From positions 1-36,392 of the IMG/VR virus record IMGVR_UViG_3300005611_000089: a stretch of DNA of 36,392 bases; one strand, written 5' to 3'. Source of the stretch: a virus (lineage: Duplodnaviria > Caudoviricetes). Under the pieces are notes generated by a model. The model made no database searches. It saw only the letters and a program-made list of their open reading frames with translations, and had not been told where the DNA came from. The position numbers and the translations under genes are program-made. This document shows, piece by piece, positions 16,436 to 25,557 of this stretch (position 1 is its first letter; each line of letters starts with the position of its first letter).

Positions 16436-16560
16436 ATGCACCTTGATGAATAAATTTAGATTAATGTTCTACATCATACTCTTGACTATTGCAAATTGCC
16501 ACCACTTACTGTATATATAGGCATATGTTTTCTAACAATAATATATCAAGGGCTAGGACT

Positions 16561-16869
16561 GTGAGTAATGAGCATGTTCCATTAAGTGAGTTCACCTCTT
16601 TCAGGGCTGAGATGCGTGAGCATATGAATCAGCAGACACAATTGATGAAGCAGATGGTGGAACTTCAAACTAAGCACTCACACCTTGAGCTACAGTTGTC
16701 ACGGAATGAGGCTAAGCTGGATGGGTTGGAAGCACGTCTAAGACCAGTGGAAGCACAACAGCAATCCACTCTAGAGCGCACAAAGTATAATAGGGATATT
16801 GCTTGGTTGGTGCTAACAATCCTTGTCGGCATCGGGACATTCTCAATAAGAACTTTACTGAATAGTTAG
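16561..16869 (+). CDS. Coiled-coil protein with C-terminal TM helix (XhlA-like architecture)
   Basis: AGGA RBS before GTG 16561; long heptad helix then IAWLVLTILVGIGTFSI; convergent with the holin gene. Confidence 0.7.
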   Translation: MSNEHVPLSEFTSFRAEMREHMNQQTQLMKQMVELQTKHSHLELQLSRNEAKLDGLEARLRPVEAQQQSTLERTKYNRDIAWLVLTILVGIGTFSIRTLLNS

Positions 16870-17234
16870 TTTACTTTCTTAACCTTCTCAAGTGTACGCA
16901 TACCACCTAGGCCTAGTAGACCAAGTATAAGAGGCATCATCACTGAGAGGTCTACTTGTGGGATGACAACACCGAATGGGGCAGACAGTGGGGCCACTAG
17001 GAAGTTCACGGCTAAGCCCGTCACACATACCCAGCCTACAGCAGGCCTCCATCCAGACTGAAAGAAGTTACCCTTAGCCTCTTCCTTATTTACTTCTATC
17101 TGGGCTAAGGCTATCTCGTGTGCCTGCCTAGTTGCCAGTGTTGCAATCTCGTGGGCTATCTCATTCTTTTTGTCGGAGTCAGGGATTACCTTATCAAGGA
17201 TACCTAACACACCGCTTACTATTGAACCTATCAT
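16866..17234 (-). CDS. Holin, 3-TM gene-transfer-agent type
   Basis: LDKVIPD...QIEVNKEEAK...FQSGWRPAVGWVC...GLLGLGGMRTLEK signature. Confidence 0.88.
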   Translation of the reverse strand: MIGSIVSGVLGILDKVIPDSDKKNEIAHEIATLATRQAHEIALAQIEVNKEEAKGNFFQSGWRPAVGWVCVTGLAVNFLVAPLSAPFGVVIPQVDLSVMMPLILGLLGLGGMRTLEKVKKVN

Positions 17235-17584
17235 TTATGCCACCTCGCCTTTGTCTTGCGTACGTCGATGTGAACCCACCCACTATACAGACCAATACCA
17301 TAATAGTTAGGGAAGGTTTTGTCTAGCAAATCGTAAACCTCTCTAGGGGTGTAACCTTCCACGGTGATATCCGCGGCAATACCTAATATGTGCTTAGACC
17401 TTGGGGCACCCCCTACAGCTTTGTTGTGTGCTGGTGACCTATAGCCAGATGTGATAGTGACGGGTTTCCCTGTTACCTGCCTGACCAGTTCTAGGACAGC
17501 CAGTAGCTCTGTATCTAGGCGTACATCCCCACAACCTTTACAAGCAAATTCTTTCTCATTGAAGTGTTTCGTTTTAAGTTCCAT
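17231..17584 (-). CDS. Endolysin, peptidase M15 family
   Basis: HFNEKEFACKGCG, ITSGYRSPAHNKAVGGAPRSKH, AADI, WVHIDVR; GGAG RBS before ATG 17584. Confidence 0.92.
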   Translation of the reverse strand: MELKTKHFNEKEFACKGCGDVRLDTELLAVLELVRQVTGKPVTITSGYRSPAHNKAVGGAPRSKHILGIAADITVEGYTPREVYDLLDKTFPNYYGIGLYSGWVHIDVRKTKARWHK

Positions 17585-17656
17585 AATTATTGCTCCTGTA
17601 TGGCTCTCTAAGGTAGGCTTAGTCAGTAATGAATGGGTTAGTATACCTATAAGCGT

Positions 17657-17686
17657 AAAAAAGAGTAGGGCCAAGGGACGGCCCTT
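17657..17686 (-). terminator. Terminator between the tail genes and the lysis genes
   Basis: Minus strand AGGGCC-GTCCCTT-GGCCCT-ACTCTTTTTT. Confidence 0.65.
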
Positions 17687-17706
17687 AAAGGAGGATTCAA
17701 AGAATC

Positions 17707-17946
17707 TCATAATAATTTAGACTTCTTAAGTAAGGTCTCCAACTCTGCTATTGATGATGCCTTATCAATATAAGCCTGTAAGACATCGTCATTAGCCTTA
17801 ATATCCTTGCGCTTAGCTTCACCTGCTTCAGAAAGAACAGAATAGATGTTATCACCATCCACTTTCTGAAACTCTTCACTGCGCTTCTGTCTGCGTAGCG
17901 GGTGAGCTACTTTCTCTTTGGCTTTATCTAAATCAATCTTAATCAT
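17707..17946 (-). CDS. Tail-fibre-associated small protein (probable assembly chaperone)
   Basis: IDLDKAK...HPLRRQKR...IDKASSIAEL pattern; follows the tail fibre genes. Confidence 0.6.
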   Translation of the reverse strand: MIKIDLDKAKEKVAHPLRRQKRSEEFQKVDGDNIYSVLSEAGEAKRKDIKANDDVLQAYIDKASSIAELETLLKKSKLL

Positions 17947-17947
17947 G

Positions 17948-18163
17948 TTAAGCCCCTTTACCATCTGTTAGTTCACTATCATCAATATCCCATGCAGGCC
18001 TAAAGTCTCTATTAGCTGGAAGGTCTGAAATATCCACTATCTTATAAGGAAGTCCTGTAGGAACATCCTTAGCGGCTATCTGTTCTATAGTTAGGTTGCA
18101 TTTATGTGACGGGTGTATAACACATAGTCCACCATCATTCTTGTATATAATTACTTTGCTCAT
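17948..18163 (-). CDS. Tail-fibre-associated small protein
   Basis: IAAKDVPTGLPYKIVDISDLPANRDFRPAW motif, recalled from genes that follow fibres in aquatic phages. Confidence 0.65.
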   Translation of the reverse strand: MSKVIIYKNDGGLCVIHPSHKCNLTIEQIAAKDVPTGLPYKIVDISDLPANRDFRPAWDIDDSELTDGKGA

Positions 18164-18164
18164 T

Positions 18165-19262
18165 TTAATTTCCCCCATGAACCACTACACATATTATAGC
18201 ATTGTCTGCACTACCTATAGCTGCATTAGTACTCAATACCCTAACATTTGAGGTGCTTGTGGAACTTACCTGTAAGATAAGACCATTACCACCTGTAGTA
18301 CACATACCAGATACAGCATAGTTTGCATCGTTCAAAGTATTGGTAAAGTTAACTGTGTAATTACCTGCCCCGTTATCAGTGATGCTAGTTACATTATAGC
18401 TATCTCTTATAGCTACAGTTCCTGTACCGTTGAAGTTAACCCAAGCTGAGGCTAGCTGGTCTGGCTCGTCTTCAACAAACTCTAGCGCGGTGGCACCTGA
18501 ATTCACCTTAACACTATAACCACCTGATGATGTATAGTTGGCTGGTGTATCTGTTAAGCCTGTGAATGTGTCAATTGCTGCTGGTGCATTGACGAACTCT
18601 AAACCTGTCTCACCGCCGTTGACCGCCACATACTTACCTGACTGACCAGTGAATGTACTGCTTGTAACATCTGGTAGGTTTATGTAAGAGATATCTAGCG
18701 TGGTACGAGTGGTTGCTGCATCTGTGTCATCTAAGTAGGTCTTAGCAAAATCACTCACGTCTAGAGTGCCTAACCCTTCAAGGTTGGTATTCTCTAAGTT
18801 GCCATCTGATTTCCACCGTAGGAACTTCCCAGTCTCTGCAACTGGTACAGTTAGGCCATTAGAAGTCTGAGACTCGGACAGCTTCAAGGAGCGGTCAAGC
18901 TCTTCTTGTTGCTGCTGGGTAATCATTGTTAGTTTGTCAAGGGCTTCCTCATGACTCTCTGCTGGGAATGCATCATTCTCTACGTAGTCCGTACCCTGAG
19001 TTAGGGGGATGTCACGCTTGATTGTAAGCGTGTTACCACTTGGAGGAGCCACAAGCATTGTAACTGTGCCACCCGCGTCTAGGCCTGCGCCTGTCAACGT
19101 GTAGTTGGTTGTCTCGGCTTGTACTGTCTCAACTCCAGTGGAGTCCACCGTCAAGATAACCTTGATGTGTGAATTCTCTAGGAAGCGGAAGCCAGTAGCA
19201 AAGGCGGTGGTAGAGCCATTGCCTGCATAATCACTTCTTTTAGTCTCTGATGATACCGTCAT
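18165..19262 (-). CDS. Tail fibre protein
   Basis: T7 gp17-like N-terminal anchor (YAGNGSTTAF...DYVENDAFPAESHEEALDKLTM), two internal repeats ending LEFV, C-terminal AWVNFNGTG...SYNVTSITDNGAGNYTVNF domain. Confidence 0.88.
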   Translation of the reverse strand: MTVSSETKRSDYAGNGSTTAFATGFRFLENSHIKVILTVDSTGVETVQAETTNYTLTGAGLDAGGTVTMLVAPPSGNTLTIKRDIPLTQGTDYVENDAFPAESHEEALDKLTMITQQQQEELDRSLKLSESQTSNGLTVPVAETGKFLRWKSDGNLENTNLEGLGTLDVSDFAKTYLDDTDAATTRTTLDISYINLPDVTSSTFTGQSGKYVAVNGGETGLEFVNAPAAIDTFTGLTDTPANYTSSGGYSVKVNSGATALEFVEDEPDQLASAWVNFNGTGTVAIRDSYNVTSITDNGAGNYTVNFTNTLNDANYAVSGMCTTGGNGLILQVSSTSTSNVRVLSTNAAIGSADNAIICVVVHGGN

Positions 19263-21775
19263 TTTATTAGGAACTCCTGATCATTGTCGCGCTTCATACG
19301 CTTCTCTAGTCTACGTTTATACCCACTGTCCAAGCTCTCCATTATATTATAGTAGATAAGATTGTCCATTGCTGCTTTACCGTAGAATGTATTTAACATT
19401 GTTGCTGGAGGAAAGGCAATACCTGCCCCCACTTGTGCACCTTTATAGAAAGTCTGGAACAGGGAAGTAACTATCTTTTCATCACCTTCTCTGGCCTGCC
19501 CTACTATGTTTGCTAGTTTGTCTATCTGGCTGGCGGTAGGGCCTGCTGCTGTAGACATGAACCCACCACCGAATCTGTTCTTCAAGTCACCGAATAGGAA
19601 GTCTCCGTATATGCCTGCACCCCCACCTTTAAGAGCTGCTGCTAACCATGCTTTAGGGTCAGCAGGGTCTCTCGGTGTTTTGTTCTTGCTGAGGTCAGAA
19701 GCAGATTGGGAAACAAAGCCTAACAATGTAGAGAAGGCTATTATCTCTGATAGTGCTAAGGCAGAACTCTTAACACTGTCTCTACCTCGGATTTCCCTAC
19801 CATATACTTTCTGTAGGATAGCAAAAGGGAAGGACTTGAATTGCATCACTGCACGCATCACTTCACCAGCAATAGTTCCCGCTTGCGTATCTCTAAGCAT
19901 TGTGGCGCGGGTCTTGGCGTCTGGCTCTATCACGGCATACTGTGAGCGGTCAACGTAGTAGTTGCGGAGTTTACGTTGCATTTCGTCGCGTGTCTTCTCA
20001 ATCTGGAACTTTGTTGCCTTGATATCTTTATCTGCTAAATACTTCTTGATGGCACCGTCTTTAATTTCTGAAAGTGATTCAGGTGTAAAGAACTCCCCAT
20101 CCACCTTATCAAACTTCTTGGTTCCAACGGAGCGCATTAATTCCCACTCCCCTTCCTCTATGCCATGTAGCTTCATTGTTTTCTGTAGGCCAACTGGTAC
20201 ATCATTGTAACCCTTACCCGCTACTGAGCCTAAATGCTGGGCCATGCCTATAACAGCACCACCACGCATGGAGTCAGTCCACAACGTTAAACCGTTGAGG
20301 CGGAAGAACTTACGCATGGCCTCTGCCACTCGGCTATTCATTGGGTCACCAGAAGCATCAAATCTGGAGCGGAAGGCACCAGTCATACTGTCTAGGCTGA
20401 CGGATAACTCCGCCAACACTCGACGCTTGTCTTCATTCATAGGGTCTAGGCGTCTCTTCAATATGGACTTACCTAAATCTTTAAGGGCACCTGACGCATT
20501 GGCGAAAGCCTTACCATAGGCTTGAAACATATTCTGCCCTTGGTAGCGTAGCTCTGCACCAGATAAGGCTACATCGGGTATAGCACTTATAACAACACCA
20601 CCCATCATTTCTAGGCTGTTAAACCCACGTACGTTCTGACCTACCGATGCACCAATGTGGTTGGCAGGGATACTGGTCTGACCACTAACTGTTTTAAACT
20701 GATTGTCGAGATAACCTTCTCTAGCGCTAGCTAACTTTTGTGCGGCTTTATGGTCAGTCTTCTTAAGCTTAAGTAGCTGCTCATCAAAAATCTGATTAAG
20801 CATCACCTCTGGGTTAGTTCCTAACTTCTGCATCAAGGCTGTGTTCTGGGCTGACATAATCATACCCATCATGACGTTGTCAGATAGACCACCTCTACCA
20901 TATTTACTATGGTATTTTTTAAAAGAAGATGCATCTTTAAAATGTAGTACACGCTCTTGAGACATTCTGTTAGCTGCACTACCTGCCTTTACTTTACCAC
21001 CAACACTACCATTACCTAGGTGAATTCCAGTGGATAGATTGTCATAAACGCTATTCATAAATTCATCAACGTTATCAACACCGGCAAATGTGCGAGAGTC
21101 TAATAACTCGCTCATCTCTTTAACCCATTCAGCCTGCGGTGTTTTGCGTATCTTGTCCATATCGTGAGACTGACGCATTACATAACTAGGGCTTTTCTTT
21201 ATGAAGGCTCCTGCTTTATTAGCATCAACTCTCGATGCCTCTTGATGTTTATGTATCACTTTAGCTATGGCTATGGCGTTAGGGTCAATACCCTTTAAGG
21301 CGTCTGGGTTCTCAATATCCCACAGCGCATCGATGATAGCATCGTCTATCTTGCCTGATGTATATAGGTCGAACACTGGCTTACCTAAGTTATCCAACTC
21401 ATTGATGTATCCTGTTAGATACTTTTCACGCAGGCCTTCTTGGTTTGCTGCAACACTGTCTCGGCTTCCACCCTTGACACGGTTAACACCAACCAATAAT
21501 GCTTCTATACCTTCTTCGATATCGTCAAATTGTGCTAGGAATCTCCTTATATCCACTTTAACTAACTCGTTGATAGCCTTGTTGCGTACTTCTATTTTCT
21601 TGGCAAGGGCTACATCGGCCACTAGCTTATCTAGGTTCTCTGCTATCTCACCAGAGGCAGCTAGCTTGTTATCATCCATAATACGTGCAGCCTCTTTGAA
21701 TGCTGCAACGACTTCCTCTTCTGAAGCTCCTTCCATGGCTGCTGCTACTCTAGCCTTACAATCTTTAATGCTCAT
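19259..21775 (-). CDS. Large internal virion (ejection) protein
   Basis: About 840 aa, helical, last gene before the fibre; C-terminal QFKSFP...GGGAGIYGDFLFG...AGP pattern. Confidence 0.75.
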   Translation of the reverse strand: MSIKDCKARVAAAMEGASEEEVVAAFKEAARIMDDNKLAASGEIAENLDKLVADVALAKKIEVRNKAINELVKVDIRRFLAQFDDIEEGIEALLVGVNRVKGGSRDSVAANQEGLREKYLTGYINELDNLGKPVFDLYTSGKIDDAIIDALWDIENPDALKGIDPNAIAIAKVIHKHQEASRVDANKAGAFIKKSPSYVMRQSHDMDKIRKTPQAEWVKEMSELLDSRTFAGVDNVDEFMNSVYDNLSTGIHLGNGSVGGKVKAGSAANRMSQERVLHFKDASSFKKYHSKYGRGGLSDNVMMGMIMSAQNTALMQKLGTNPEVMLNQIFDEQLLKLKKTDHKAAQKLASAREGYLDNQFKTVSGQTSIPANHIGASVGQNVRGFNSLEMMGGVVISAIPDVALSGAELRYQGQNMFQAYGKAFANASGALKDLGKSILKRRLDPMNEDKRRVLAELSVSLDSMTGAFRSRFDASGDPMNSRVAEAMRKFFRLNGLTLWTDSMRGGAVIGMAQHLGSVAGKGYNDVPVGLQKTMKLHGIEEGEWELMRSVGTKKFDKVDGEFFTPESLSEIKDGAIKKYLADKDIKATKFQIEKTRDEMQRKLRNYYVDRSQYAVIEPDAKTRATMLRDTQAGTIAGEVMRAVMQFKSFPFAILQKVYGREIRGRDSVKSSALALSEIIAFSTLLGFVSQSASDLSKNKTPRDPADPKAWLAAALKGGGAGIYGDFLFGDLKNRFGGGFMSTAAGPTASQIDKLANIVGQAREGDEKIVTSLFQTFYKGAQVGAGIAFPPATMLNTFYGKAAMDNLIYYNIMESLDSGYKRRLEKRMKRDNDQEFLIK

Positions 21776-21777
21776 AG

Positions 21778-23064
21778 TTATTTCCCTACTGCGCACATGA
21801 TGCCTGCTTTAACCCCATCAAGGTCTCTATCAGACTTCTTATTTAGTTCCTCAATTTCACCCTTCAAGGATTTCATTTCCTCTGGGGAAAACTCATCTAA
21901 CTCATCTAGTGCTGTGAATATGTCATCTGTCTCTTGTTGGACACTCTGTATCTCTGCTTCTGGCGTTGTTGGTGTTGGTTCTTGTACGTCCACATCTTTT
22001 GGTTTAGGTGCCTTGAGAGGTTCTGATTTGAAATCCTCTACCTTAACACTGGCTGTGTTGGCTGCTTCCTGTACATCTGCTCTAGATGGTGTAGGCTCCT
22101 GTAAGCCTTCCTGAGCGTTTTTAATGGTTGTCTCATCCAAGGCCTGCGCCTTGTTCACATTCTGCAACTCAGCCTCGTCTAAGGCCCTGTTGAAGGTGTT
22201 CTTGGCAGAGGCGTTAACATCTGCGTCTACTCGTCCTGTCTCTACCTCACGATAGGCATCCCTAAATGACTGGTGCTCCTCTGCAATCTTGGATACGTTT
22301 ATCTCGCCTTCGTCTAGGAGCTGACCTGTGGCACCTTGTAACATATCTGACTTGGCCTTACCACTGGAACGGGCTATCACATCACCTATGGCCCCCGCTC
22401 CTGCGTGTAATCCACCACCTAGGACACCACCAAAGGTAATGTTCAGTAGAGAATCATATAAAGTGTAATCTGTTTGTAGTTCCATAAGTGGGAGAAGTAC
22501 AAGAGGTTCTACTACTGCTGCGCCTACGACACCACTAGCCGCACCCACCTTTACTCTGACACCCGCTCTGGCTCCGGCACTACCAGCCTTGGCTAACATG
22601 TTTGTATATCTCGCAGTACCTACTACAGGTATGAAGGCCGATGCAATGTTAATTGGGTCAGCTAGGCTAACAGCAAGCCCTACCCCAATATGGGCGGCAG
22701 TAGATAATACCCCATCCGGCGCTGTTCTCATTAATGCCTTGCGCTTAGTCTCTTCTCTCTCACGCTCAATCAAGAGGTCAAGGGCTTCTTGGCTTATACC
22801 TTGTTCACCTATCTCTAGGCTTACCTGTGCATCCTGAACTTGCTTTAGTGCATCCTCTTGGGATATGCGTGGCTTATGCTGAATGGTTGTATCAGTAGGT
22901 CTTATTGGCCTATTCTTTTTAGCCTGTAGTTCCCCATAATCAAATAACGCTGTAAGTGGGTTCTCTATAAATAGTTGCTCAGCCGTCGCACCAAGGGAGG
23001 TGCTAAACGGCGTATCCATATCTTCTAAGGTCATGGACTTGTTTATACGGATATCATTAGGCAT
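21778..23064 (-). CDS. Internal virion protein
   Basis: Position; ADPINIA motif and G/A-rich hydrophobic segments. Confidence 0.7.
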   Translation of the reverse strand: MPNDIRINKSMTLEDMDTPFSTSLGATAEQLFIENPLTALFDYGELQAKKNRPIRPTDTTIQHKPRISQEDALKQVQDAQVSLEIGEQGISQEALDLLIEREREETKRKALMRTAPDGVLSTAAHIGVGLAVSLADPINIASAFIPVVGTARYTNMLAKAGSAGARAGVRVKVGAASGVVGAAVVEPLVLLPLMELQTDYTLYDSLLNITFGGVLGGGLHAGAGAIGDVIARSSGKAKSDMLQGATGQLLDEGEINVSKIAEEHQSFRDAYREVETGRVDADVNASAKNTFNRALDEAELQNVNKAQALDETTIKNAQEGLQEPTPSRADVQEAANTASVKVEDFKSEPLKAPKPKDVDVQEPTPTTPEAEIQSVQQETDDIFTALDELDEFSPEEMKSLKGEIEELNKKSDRDLDGVKAGIMCAVGK

Positions 23065-23067
23065 AGC

Positions 23068-25107
23068 TTAAAATCCTATGTTCTGCCAGAATGTAGGTAT
23101 TGTTTTTTCTAGCTCGTCAAAGTCAACCACTAATGGTTCACCATCTTTATCAAGTATAGCATTCCCATTCTGATGCTCGAAAACAATTGATTTATTGTCC
23201 TGTGTGGTGCGGGCATTTGGAACTAATTTGTCTATGTACACTGCCTTAGCATCCTCTGGATTCATATCACTATCAGGTATCCAGAGTTCTATCTCACCAT
23301 CTTTAAGCTTGTCAATCATGTTATCAACACCAGCTTCTATAGCGTTAACGTTACGTTCTGCTGGTATTCTGTAGCTTCCCTTGAGTTCGAACCTGTTATT
23401 GATTACCTTGTCCATAGCTGATTCTATTGCATCACCAGCAGAGGATTCCAATCCATCCGTCATGAGCTTCATTGCTAAGCTTTCTATGGCTGCTTTATTC
23501 TCATTAAAGAATGCTGGGTCTTTGGTTGTCTCACCAAACTCTTGTAGTTCTAGTTTCACATCGTCTACTATCTCTTGGTAGTCTTCATTCTCAAGTCTAC
23601 CTTTATAATCCTTGTGGCTTACACTGATGGCCTCAGCTAGTTGAATCTGGTCTTGCTTGTTGGACATGTCACCAATCACCGTAACCCCTGACTTAACATT
23701 ACCACTGTTCACAAGTTGTGAACGTACTAGGGTATAGTCATCACCATAGGCTTCACGCATGAAGTTAAGCTGGTTAACAACGTGTTCACCACCTTCACTG
23801 AAATCATTCAGTTGCTGCGAGAATCTTGACTCTAGGTCTTTAGGTAGTAGTGTTACTGCACGTGGGTTTATGCCTAGCTCTACTTGGTTAGCCTTCTGTA
23901 CTGCGTTGTACTTAGTGATACTTTGCTGTATTGAGGCAAGCTCACCACTAGCCAAGGACTCTTGTAGTTCCTCATATGCGAACTGCCCGAACTTGGTATT
24001 CTGGTTAACATAGCCGGCTGGGTCAGCCTCAATGGCTTTCTGTCTCTGGTTGTATGCCTGAAGCAATACACCCATTTGCTTTGATTCCCGTGTGAAATTC
24101 TCCACACCCTGCGGGGCGTTCTTCTCAAATAACGCTTGTACTTCTTGTGGTGATGCATCTTTTAATTCCACTACGGCTTGACCGAATGCTCTAGCGTCTT
24201 CTATCTCTTCTGCTATCTTTGCTGCCTCTTCTTCCTTGAATGTGGTAGCTAGGTTCTCTTTGGTATACTTCTCAGCTAGGTCAGTGTCGTCTTGTCCTGT
24301 CTTAAGGAAGTTTATGTAATCCTTAGCTTCTTTGGTTGCACTTGTCTTGTTGATGTTCCCACGCTGGATTAGGTCTTTCTTGGCTACGTCGCTGAGGCGC
24401 TTCAATGTTCCTGCGTCGCCGTAGTTATCCCACTTACCTTTCTTGATTTCATCGATTACCAATTCGCCCTGACCTTGGTCGATACGTCCAGCTAACCAGC
24501 TAGTTGTTAGAGCGTTATAAGACTTGACACGCTCTTTATCCATATCCACAACACCACCTAGGGTGTTCTCCATGCCTACAAGGATTGCTTCCTGACGTCC
24601 TACAGCCTCTTCAAAATTAGTGCGTCCTAGTGCGACATCCTTTAACACAGCGTCCTTAGCTGCTGAGAAATCACTAGAGCGTTGCTGGATGTTACGCGCT
24701 GATTGGTGCTTAAGGTACATAGGCATAAGCTTTCTATTATAGAGAGTGTCTGCCTGCTGCTTAATAAAGTCACGTGCTTCCTCACTGGGAGCCGCTTCTA
24801 TAGATGCTTTGATACGTTCGTTAAAGTCTGCACGTGAAGACTCTAGGTCTATATCTTCACCACGTGTACTGATGTCATTAAAACGCTCAGACTCAGCTAG
24901 GGATATCTCGTTGAATGCTTTCGTTGTATAGGCTGCATCATCGGCCTGCTTCTTGGCAGCGCCTAACTGGGCTATTTGTGAGCCTAGATTGCTTATCTTC
25001 TGACCACTCTCTATCTGCTGCTTAGCTAACAGGTCAGCATTCCTAACCTTTGCTCCACCTAGGTTAGGCTGTGTGTTGAAGTTGTTACCTCGTGGGATAC
25101 GTGGCAT
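23068..25107 (-). CDS. Internal virion protein
   Basis: MPRIP start, all-helical 679 aa, in the ejection-protein block. Confidence 0.7.
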   Translation of the reverse strand: MPRIPRGNNFNTQPNLGGAKVRNADLLAKQQIESGQKISNLGSQIAQLGAAKKQADDAAYTTKAFNEISLAESERFNDISTRGEDIDLESSRADFNERIKASIEAAPSEEARDFIKQQADTLYNRKLMPMYLKHQSARNIQQRSSDFSAAKDAVLKDVALGRTNFEEAVGRQEAILVGMENTLGGVVDMDKERVKSYNALTTSWLAGRIDQGQGELVIDEIKKGKWDNYGDAGTLKRLSDVAKKDLIQRGNINKTSATKEAKDYINFLKTGQDDTDLAEKYTKENLATTFKEEEAAKIAEEIEDARAFGQAVVELKDASPQEVQALFEKNAPQGVENFTRESKQMGVLLQAYNQRQKAIEADPAGYVNQNTKFGQFAYEELQESLASGELASIQQSITKYNAVQKANQVELGINPRAVTLLPKDLESRFSQQLNDFSEGGEHVVNQLNFMREAYGDDYTLVRSQLVNSGNVKSGVTVIGDMSNKQDQIQLAEAISVSHKDYKGRLENEDYQEIVDDVKLELQEFGETTKDPAFFNENKAAIESLAMKLMTDGLESSAGDAIESAMDKVINNRFELKGSYRIPAERNVNAIEAGVDNMIDKLKDGEIELWIPDSDMNPEDAKAVYIDKLVPNARTTQDNKSIVFEHQNGNAILDKDGEPLVVDFDELEKTIPTFWQNIGF

Positions 25108-25122
25108 TTATCACCTTCCTTA

Positions 25123-25557
25123 TTAGGCTGCGCCTGATACTGATTTAGCTGCTTGACCTGCTGTTTCTAACAGAGTGCTTGTCATGCTATTGATTGCTGC
25201 ATTGTGAACATTCTGAGCTTCTATCTCTCGTGCCTGTGACGCTAGGTCAGCTCCATACTGCGCGTTCAGGGCTGCAAGTTCTGCCTCTTCTGCTGACGCT
25301 CGCATGACCTCCATGACGCTCCCGCTTGCCTGTACACCAGATTTAGCCGCCGCTACCTTCTGAGCGCCAAGAGTCTTCCTAGCCTGCTTGGCTATGGAGT
25401 CTTTTTTAAATATTGCCTGTAATTGTCCTAGCTCGGATTCTCTAGCAAGGCTCTGCATCTGTGCCTCGGCTGCGCTCTTCTGCCCGAACACTGATGTTAT
25501 ACCACCTGCTACATTTAGTCCGCCGCCTATTAAGGCGAATTCTGCTCCAGTACACAT
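25123..25557 (-). CDS. Small internal virion protein (gp14-like position)
   Basis: MC start, A/Q-rich, AAKSGVQASGS motif, follows tail tube B. Confidence 0.7.
   Translation of the reverse strand: MCTGAEFALIGGGLNVAGGITSVFGQKSAAEAQMQSLARESELGQLQAIFKKDSIAKQARKTLGAQKVAAAKSGVQASGSVMEVMRASAEEAELAALNAQYGADLASQAREIEAQNVHNAAINSMTSTLLETAGQAAKSVSGAA

Noticed and set aside
17585-17710. N-terminal signal-anchor extension on the endolysin (SAR type)
   Set aside because: The extension spans a terminator hairpin, and a good RBS precedes ATG 17584.
18165-19262. Diversity-generating retroelement, given the BPP-1-like structural genes
   Set aside because: No reverse transcriptase ORF and no template/variable repeat pair seen.
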